A DNA stretch of 32,000 nt from an uncultured Gaiellaceae bacterium (lineage in GTDB: Bacteria > Actinomycetota > Thermoleophilia > Gaiellales > Gaiellaceae), in the NCBI GenBank assembly GCA_963746975.1, contig CAVVDE010000012.1:66798-98797 (forward strand). Reading direction: 5' to 3'. The notes under the pieces are model-generated. The model worked only from the letters and a program-made list of their open reading frames with translations. It made no database searches and had not been told where the DNA came from. The stretch's first letter is position 1, and every line of letters begins with the position of its first letter. Of this stretch, positions 26,436 through 32,000 are shown in pieces. A program made the translations under genes and the position numbers.

Positions 26436-27170
26436 ATGAGAAGAAGTCTCGGGCCGCTGCTCTGCGAGCTCCATGCGCACACGCGGTGGAGCGACGGCGA
26501 GCTGACGGTCGCCGAGCTCGTCGATCTCCACGGGCGGAGCGGCTTCGACGTGCTGTGCGTCACCGACCACGTCGTGCGTTCTGACGACCCGTGGCGCGTG
26601 GAAGAGGGCCTGCACTTCAGCTCCGTCGAGGAGGAGACCTTCTCGCTGTACCTCGGTGAGATCGAGCGAGAAGCCGCGCGCGCCTGGAGGACGTACGGAC
26701 TCCTCGTCGTCCCCGGCCTCGAGCTGACCTTCAACGACCCGGAGCCGGTCATGGCGGCCCACGCGGTGGCAATCGGCCTCCGGGAGTTCGTCTCCGTCGA
26801 CGACGGCATCGCCGAGGCGATGAGATCGGCCACCGAGGCCGGCGCCGCACTCATCGCGGCGCATCCGAACGCAGACGAGCCCGAGCGAGTGCGCGGCCGC
26901 CTGACGAAGCGCTTCTCCCGCGACGCCGGCCTCCGCGCGCTCGCGCATCGCTTCGAGCTGTTCAACCGGACCCAGCTCTTCGGCTGGGTCGCCGACGCAG
27001 CCCTCCCGGCCGTCGCGAGCGGCGACTTCCATTCGCCCGAGCACCTGCTGGGCTGGAAGACGCTGCTGCCGAGCCGTCACGAGGAGCAGGCCGTGGTCGA
27101 CTACCTGCGATCGCCGCGTCCCGTGTATCTCGCCCGGCTCGACGACGAGCTGACGCGCGTCGCTGCCTGA
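26436..27170 (+). CDS. PHP (polymerase and histidinol phosphatase) domain metal-dependent phosphoesterase
   Basis: ATG 26436 gives MRRSLGPLLCELHAHTRWSDGELTVAELVDLHGRSGFDVLCVTDH...AHAVAIG...LIAAHP. The HxH...DH...H pattern is typical of PHP domains. The upstream part of ORF 24990..27170 is antisense to the M20 gene. Confidence 0.8.
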   Translation: MRRSLGPLLCELHAHTRWSDGELTVAELVDLHGRSGFDVLCVTDHVVRSDDPWRVEEGLHFSSVEEETFSLYLGEIEREAARAWRTYGLLVVPGLELTFNDPEPVMAAHAVAIGLREFVSVDDGIAEAMRSATEAGAALIAAHPNADEPERVRGRLTKRFSRDAGLRALAHRFELFNRTQLFGWVADAALPAVASGDFHSPEHLLGWKTLLPSRHEEQAVVDYLRSPRPVYLARLDDELTRVAA

Positions 27171-27191
27171 GCCACCGCTAGCGTTCCGCGC

Positions 27192-28247
27192 GTGAGCGCG
27201 GTCGACGTCAAGACGCTTCCTTGGAGTTGGTACACGGACGCTGCGGTCCTGCAGCTCGAGCGCGAGCGCATCTTCCGCCGGTCGTGGCAGTACGTCGGAC
27301 ACGCGGGCGACGTGCCCGAGCCGGCGTCGTTCTTCACCGCGTCGGTCGGCGACGTTCCGGTCGTCGTCGTGCGAGACGGCGACGACGAGCTTCGCGCCTT
27401 CCTCAACGTCTGCCGCCACCGCGGCTCGCTCGTCTGCGAGGGCTCGGGTCGGCGCGAGACGCTCCAGTGCCCCTACCACGCGTGGACGTACGGGCTCGAC
27501 GGCCGCCTCATAACGGCGCCGCGCTCGAAGCGCGAGGGCGGCATCGAAACGTCCGAGCTCGGCCTTCTTCCACTCAGCCTCGAGACCTGGGGGCCGCTGA
27601 TCTTCGTGAACCCCGACGTCGGCGCCGAGCCGCTCGAGCTCTTCCTCGACGGCATCCCCGAGCGGATAGCCGACGCAGGGATCGACCTCGAAGCACTCCG
27701 CTTCCTGCAGCGGTCGGAGTCCGAGCTGGACTGCAACTGGAAGGTGTCCGCGGAGAACTTCCTCGAGTGCTATCACTGCCCGACGGCGCACCCGGGGTTC
27801 TCGGCGGTCATGGACGTGAACCCCGATGCGTATCTGCTCGAGACGAGTGCGGGCCGCATGACGCAGCACGCCCCGCCGCGAGCGCTGCCGAGGGGCGCCT
27901 ACGACCCGACCGGCGACGTCGAGCGCGGCCAGTTCCACCTCCTCTTCCCCGGCACGGTGATGAACGTCATGCCGGGGCGGCCGAACTTCTCGATCGGGCC
28001 GATCGTCCCGCGCGCGCCCGAGAAGACGTACCGCTTCCTCGACTATTTCGTGGCCGAGGACGCCGACGAGGCATGGATCGAGGAGTCGCTCGCGTTCGAC
28101 GCGCAGGTCGGAGCGGAGGACCGGGTTCTCATCGAGCGGGTGCAGGCCGGAATGCGCGCGGGCTTCATCGAGAACGGTCGTCTCCTCCCACAGTCGGAGC
28201 AGCTCATCGCGCACTTCCAGGCGCTGGTCGTCGAGGCGCTCGCGTAA
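27192..28247 (+). CDS. Rieske [2Fe-2S] aromatic-ring-hydroxylating oxygenase alpha subunit (choline monooxygenase/GbcA-like)
   Basis: Rieske motif CRHRGSLV...CPYHAWTY. Mononuclear iron region NWKVSAENFLECYHCPTAHPGF. Confidence 0.9.
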   Translation: MSAVDVKTLPWSWYTDAAVLQLERERIFRRSWQYVGHAGDVPEPASFFTASVGDVPVVVVRDGDDELRAFLNVCRHRGSLVCEGSGRRETLQCPYHAWTYGLDGRLITAPRSKREGGIETSELGLLPLSLETWGPLIFVNPDVGAEPLELFLDGIPERIADAGIDLEALRFLQRSESELDCNWKVSAENFLECYHCPTAHPGFSAVMDVNPDAYLLETSAGRMTQHAPPRALPRGAYDPTGDVERGQFHLLFPGTVMNVMPGRPNFSIGPIVPRAPEKTYRFLDYFVAEDADEAWIEESLAFDAQVGAEDRVLIERVQAGMRAGFIENGRLLPQSEQLIAHFQALVVEALA

Positions 28248-28296
28248 GACGGCAAACGCTTCCGGAATGTCTCCAATGGGTTAACGTGCCGCGCGC

Positions 28297-28914
28297 ATGC
28301 GGATCAGCCTGACCCCGCGCACCTCCGAGTTCTTCACCCTCTTCGGCAAGGCAGGCGCAAACGCACTCGAGGTGTCGCGCCTGGTCGAGCGCCGCTTCCG
28401 AGAGCACCCGAACTCCGGAATCACGCAGGAACAGGTGAAACAGGTCGAAACCGAGGGCGACTCGATCACACGCGAGCTCATCACGCTCCTGAACACGCAG
28501 TACGTGACGCCGTTCGACCGCGAGGACATCTACCAGTTCGCAACCGAGGTCGACGACGTCGTCGACTACCTCGAGGAGGCGTCGGACCTCCTCAGCCTCT
28601 ACGGCGTGGAGATGCCGACGCGTCACGCGGTCGAGCAGTGCGGGATCATCGTCCAGGCGTGCGAGCAGTTGGCGCTCGCCTGCGACAACCTCAAGGGGAT
28701 GCGCGGGGTCCAGGAGGCGCTCGTGCAGGTGAAGGCCTACGAGGACGAGGGCGATCGCGTGCTCCGCGACGCGCTGGCGGCGCTCTTCCGCGACGAGGGA
28801 ATCGACCCGCTGATCGTCATCCGCTGGAAGGACATCTACGAGGCGCTCGAGCGTGGGCTCGACGCCTGCGAGACCGCCGCGAACGTGATCGCGAACATCC
28901 TCGTCAAGAGCTAG
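28297..28914 (+). CDS. DUF47 / PhoU-like phosphate-transport accessory protein (YkaA type)
   Basis: MRISLTPRTSEFFTLFGKAGANALE...ETEGDSITRELITLLNTQYVTPFDREDIYQFATEVDDVVD...EDEGDRVLRDALAALF...IRWKDIYEALERGLDACE. It sits directly upstream of a PiT transporter, the usual pairing. Confidence 0.85.
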   Translation: MRISLTPRTSEFFTLFGKAGANALEVSRLVERRFREHPNSGITQEQVKQVETEGDSITRELITLLNTQYVTPFDREDIYQFATEVDDVVDYLEEASDLLSLYGVEMPTRHAVEQCGIIVQACEQLALACDNLKGMRGVQEALVQVKAYEDEGDRVLRDALAALFRDEGIDPLIVIRWKDIYEALERGLDACETAANVIANILVKS

Positions 28915-28926
28915 GAGGCGGCACGC

Positions 28927-30015
28927 GTGGACCTCACGCTCGTCGCCGTCATCGTCGTCGCGCTGTTCTTCGACTTCACGAACGGCTTTCACGACACGGC
29001 GAACGCGATCGCGACGAGCGTCTCGACGCGCGCACTGACGCCGCGCACCGCGGTTGCCGTCGCGGCCGTTCTCAACTTCGTCGGTGCGTTCGCGTCATTC
29101 GCCGTCGCGGCGACCATCGCGACGGGGATCGTCAACCCCGACGCGATCACGCTGAACGTGATCCTGGCCGGCCTCGTCGGCGCGATCACGTGGAACCTGA
29201 TGACGTGGTTCCTCGGCCTGCCGTCGAGCTCGAGCCACGCGCTCATCGGAGGCGTGGCCGGATCCGCGATCGCCGCTTCGGGCGTCGACGTCATCAACTG
29301 GGACGGGATCTGGGAGAAGGTCGTGAAGCCCGGCGTCCTGTCGCCGACGATCGGCTTCGCGGCTGCTTTCGCGCTCATGCTGGCCACGATCTGGATCATC
29401 CGCCGGCGCTCTCCGGCGCGCGTCAACCGTGTCTTTCGCCGTGCGCAGATCTTCTCCGGGAGCTTCGTGGCGTTCACGCACGGCACGAACGACGCCCAGA
29501 AGACGATGGGCATCATGGCGCTGGCGCTGATCGTCTCGGGCAACCTGAACGAGGACTTCACCCGGCCGCCGAGCTGGGTGATCGTCTCGTCGGCTCTGTC
29601 CATGGCCCTCGGCACGTATGCGGGCGGTTGGCGGATCATCAAGACGATGGGCACGCGGATCGCGAAGATCGACCCCCCGCAGGGCTTTGCGGCCCAGACC
29701 GCGTGTGCAGGGATTCTGTGGACGACCGCGCACTACGGCCTTCCGGTCTCGACGACGCAGACGATCACCGGCTGCGTGATGGGCGCGGGCGCGACGCGGG
29801 GCTTCTCGGCCGTCCGCTGGGGCATCGCGGGCAACATCGCCATCGCATGGGTGTTGACGCTCCCCGCCGCCGGTCTCGTGGGCGCGCTCATGGAGGAGGT
29901 CACGAACCTGCCCGCGGGTGATCTCATCGTGTTCCTGCTCGCGGGCGTCATCGCGGCGGCTGCGTTCACCGCCCGCCGGTACGAGACGCGGCGCCTCGTC
30001 CCCGCGCACGCATAG
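28927..30015 (+). CDS. pit: inorganic phosphate transporter, PiT (PHO4) family
   Basis: The two PiT signature repeats are FFDFTNGFHDTANAIATSV and FVAFTHGTNDAQKTMGIM. The protein is polytopic and hydrophobic. Confidence 0.95.
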   Translation: MDLTLVAVIVVALFFDFTNGFHDTANAIATSVSTRALTPRTAVAVAAVLNFVGAFASFAVAATIATGIVNPDAITLNVILAGLVGAITWNLMTWFLGLPSSSSHALIGGVAGSAIAASGVDVINWDGIWEKVVKPGVLSPTIGFAAAFALMLATIWIIRRRSPARVNRVFRRAQIFSGSFVAFTHGTNDAQKTMGIMALALIVSGNLNEDFTRPPSWVIVSSALSMALGTYAGGWRIIKTMGTRIAKIDPPQGFAAQTACAGILWTTAHYGLPVSTTQTITGCVMGAGATRGFSAVRWGIAGNIAIAWVLTLPAAGLVGALMEEVTNLPAGDLIVFLLAGVIAAAAFTARRYETRRLVPAHA

Positions 30016-30018
30016 CGT

Positions 30019-30040
30019 CTTCACCGGAAGCTCACCCCAC
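30019..30040 (+). promoter_or_regulatory. possible PHO-box-like pair of 11-nt direct repeat units upstream of ppk1
   Basis: CTTCACCGGAA and GCTCACCCCAC are adjacent 11-nt units with TCACC cores exactly 11 nt apart (30020-30025 and 30031-30036). They resemble the GTTCACC repeat units bound by PhoP in Streptomyces. There are only two units, and the taxon is unknown. Confidence 0.25.
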
Positions 30041-30069
30041 GAGGTGGGCTGCCGATACAGAATGCAGCA

Positions 30070-32000
30070 ATGGCCACGCGTGCGCGTCCGGAATCTGCCG
30101 AGAACCTCCTCAACCGGGAGCTCTCGCACCTCGAGTTCCACGGTCGCGTGCTGGAGCTCGCAACCGACGAGACGCTGCCGCTCCTGGAGCGGGTGAACTA
30201 CTGCTCGATCTTCTCCTCGAACCTCGACGAGTTCTTCCAGGTACGTGTTGCAGGCCTCCTCGGGCAGGCGGAGTCCGGGCTCGCCGTCCGGTCCGCGGAC
30301 GGCCTCACTCCACAGCAGGCACTAGCGCGAATCCGCGAGCGCGTCCTCGAATTCTCTGCGCTGCAGTCCCGCCTGTGGAAGCGCGAGCTCCGTCCGGCGC
30401 TCGCGTCCGAGGGGGTCACGGTCGGCGGCATCGAGGATCTCAGCGAGAAGGAGCTCGCCGAAACCGAGCGGCGCTTCCATCGCGAGATCTACCCCGTGCT
30501 TACACCTCTCGCGGTCGGACCGGGGCAGCCGTTCCCGTACATCTCGGGCCTTTCGCTCTCCCTCGCGATCTTCGCCGAGGACCCGGAGATCGGAGAGGAG
30601 CGGTTCGCCCGCGTGAAGATCCCGGAGGGCCTGCCGCGGTTCTACGAGCTGGGTGGCCGCGGACTCTACGTCCCGCTGGAGCAGATCATCGCGCATTTCC
30701 TTCCATCGCTCTTCCCCGGCGTCGACATCGTCGAGCGCGCGGTCTTCCGGGTGACACGGGATGCGGACTTCGAGGTCTCGGACGATGCCGACGACCTCCT
30801 CGAGGCCGTCGAGACCCAGCTTCGCCGGCGCCGCTTCGGCGACGTGGTGCGCGTCGAGGTGAGCTCGTCGGCCTCATCGGAGATGGTCGCCCGGCTGCAG
30901 AGTGGGCTCGGAGCCGACGAGACGCAGATCTACCGCGTCGAGAGCCCGCTCGACCTGTCCGAGCTCAGGGAGCTCGTCGCCGTCGACCGTCCGGATCTGA
31001 AATTCGAGCCGTGGATCCCCGTGATCCCGCCGCGCCTCGCGATGGCGCAGAGCGCTCTCTCGAAGATCTTCGACGAGATCCGCCGCGGCGACGTCGTCGT
31101 GCACCAGCCGTACGGATCGTTCATCGCGAGCTTCGAGGTCTTCGCACAGGCGGCTGTCCGTGATCCGAACGTCATCGCAATGAAGACGGCCGTGTACCGC
31201 ACGAGCGACGACAGCGTGCTCGTCGGCTCGCTCATCCAGTGCGCCGAGTTGGGAAAGCAGTCGGTCTGTCTCGTCGAGTTGAAGGCGCGCTTCGACGAAC
31301 TCCGCAACATCGAGTGGTCCAGGGAGCTGGAGCAGGCGGGCGTCCACGTCGCGTACGGCTTCCCCGATCTGAAGATCCACGCGAAGATGACGCTGATCGT
31401 CCGGCGTGAGGGCGACGCTCTCCGCCGGTACGTGCACATCGGCACCGGCAACTACCACGCCGCGACGGCGCGGCTGTACGAGGATCTCGGGATCTTCACG
31501 GCCGACGAGGACATCACCGCCGATGTCGCCGACCTCTTCAACTACATCACCGGCTTCGGGCGGCCTCAGAAGTTCCGCAAGCTCCTGGTCGCGCCCTTCA
31601 CGCTGCGGAGCGGGCTCGTCGACGAGATTCGCTCGGTCGCAGCAGCGGCCGGCGAGGGGAAGCATGCCCGCATTCGGCTCAAGCTCAACCACCTCGTCGA
31701 TCCGAAGATCGTGGACGAGCTGTACGCCGCGTCACGGGCGGGGGCGCAGATCGACATCATCGCGCGTTCGACGTGCGCGCTCCGACCAGGCGTCGAGGGC
31801 CAGTCCGAGAACATCCACGTGCGCTCGATCGTCGGGCGCTTCCTCGAGCACAGCCGGATCTACTCGTTCGAGGCGGGCGAGCGCATCGCGACGTACATCG
31901 GCAGCCCGGACCTCATGCAGCGAAACCTCGACCACCGGATCGAAGTGCTGATGCCGGTCGAGAACGCACGCGTCCGCCAGGAGATCCACGCAGTCCTCGA
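30070..32000 (+). CDS. ppk1: polyphosphate kinase 1, 5' portion (runs off the right edge)
   Basis: ATG 30070 gives MATRARPESAENLLNRELSHLEFHGRVLELATDETLPLLERVNYCSIFSSNLDEFFQVRVAGL. Later the same frame reads KIHAKMTLIVRREGDALRRYVHIGTGNYHAATARLYEDLGIFTAD. I spot-checked the frame at both ends, and the ORF track lists no terminated plus-strand ORF in this frame across the interval, consistent with it staying open to position 32000. That is why the track omits it. Confidence 0.95.
   Translation, partial: MATRARPESAENLLNRELSHLEFHGRVLELATDETLPLLERVNYCSIFSSNLDEFFQVRVAGLLGQAESGLAVRSADGLTPQQALARIRERVLEFSALQSRLWKRELRPALASEGVTVGGIEDLSEKELAETERRFHREIYPVLTPLAVGPGQPFPYISGLSLSLAIFAEDPEIGEERFARVKIPEGLPRFYELGGRGLYVPLEQIIAHFLPSLFPGVDIVERAVFRVTRDADFEVSDDADDLLEAVETQLRRRRFGDVVRVEVSSSASSEMVARLQSGLGADETQIYRVESPLDLSELRELVAVDRPDLKFEPWIPVIPPRLAMAQSALSKIFDEIRRGDVVVHQPYGSFIASFEVFAQAAVRDPNVIAMKTAVYRTSDDSVLVGSLIQCAELGKQSVCLVELKARFDELRNIEWSRELEQAGVHVAYGFPDLKIHAKMTLIVRREGDALRRYVHIGTGNYHAATARLYEDLGIFTADEDITADVADLFNYITGFGRPQKFRKLLVAPFTLRSGLVDEIRSVAAAAGEGKHARIRLKLNHLVDPKIVDELYAASRAGAQIDIIARSTCALRPGVEGQSENIHVRSIVGRFLEHSRIYSFEAGERIATYIGSPDLMQRNLDHRIEVLMPVENARVRQEIHAVL

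Noticed and set aside
28248-28296. A PHO box upstream of the DUF47-pit pair (gggttaacgtgcc region)
   Set aside because: Only one weak GTTAACG-like unit is present, with no convincing 11-nt-phased partner. I do not consider that enough to report.
24990-28992. The upstream part of ORF 24990..27170 (+), together with 26385..28214 (-, 609 aa) and 28204..28992 (-)
   Set aside because: They are antisense shadows of the M20, PHP, Rieske and DUF47 genes. Their translations are Arg/Asp/Glu-rich and carry no motifs.

Overview
Visibly very GC-rich, gene-dense chromosomal segment with an actinobacterial-type gene repertoire and many 4-nt start/stop overlaps (GTGA/ATGA). I saw no rRNA, tRNA, CRISPR array, transposase or integrase. 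Left to right: a partial aldo/keto reductase; a class III adenylate cyclase; a ten-gene translationally coupled group-3b-type [NiFe]-hydrogenase operon (hyhB, a stand-alone cNMP-binding protein, hyhG, hyhS, hyhL, endopeptidase, a Cys-less HypA-like protein, hypC, an EamA transporter, a conserved unknown); dps; a GFA-family protein; modABC; a PadR-TsaA/TrmO fusion; an SQR-like flavoprotein fused to a CBS pair (frameshifted); a UBP-type zinc-finger protein; a cupin; an HDAC-family deacetylase; a small DCC1-like thiol-disulfide oxidoreductase missed by the ORF track; a PEP-mutase/isocitrate-lyase family gene (frameshifted); an MDR oxidoreductase; MarR; a five-gene minus-strand operon (M20 peptidase, ATP-grasp ligase, C45 remnant, HExxH metallopeptidase, LtrA); a PHP-domain protein; a Rieske oxygenase; and a phosphate block (DUF47/PhoU-like, PiT, ppk1). 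Main leads: (1) the DCC1-like gene has an in-frame TGA exactly at the first Cys of its CxxC motif, so it is a candidate selenoprotein or a nonsense pseudogene; (2) a 1.6-kb patch in the ATP-grasp and C45 genes carries at least 14 reading-frame switches while its neighbours are intact; (3) a cyclase lies next to a cNMP-binding domain embedded in the hydrogenase operon; (4) a HypA-like protein lacks the zinc site; (5) the PadR-TsaA fusion sits beside a palindrome-packed 34-46 bp divergent region with modA. All family assignments are by eye from motifs; no database search was run.
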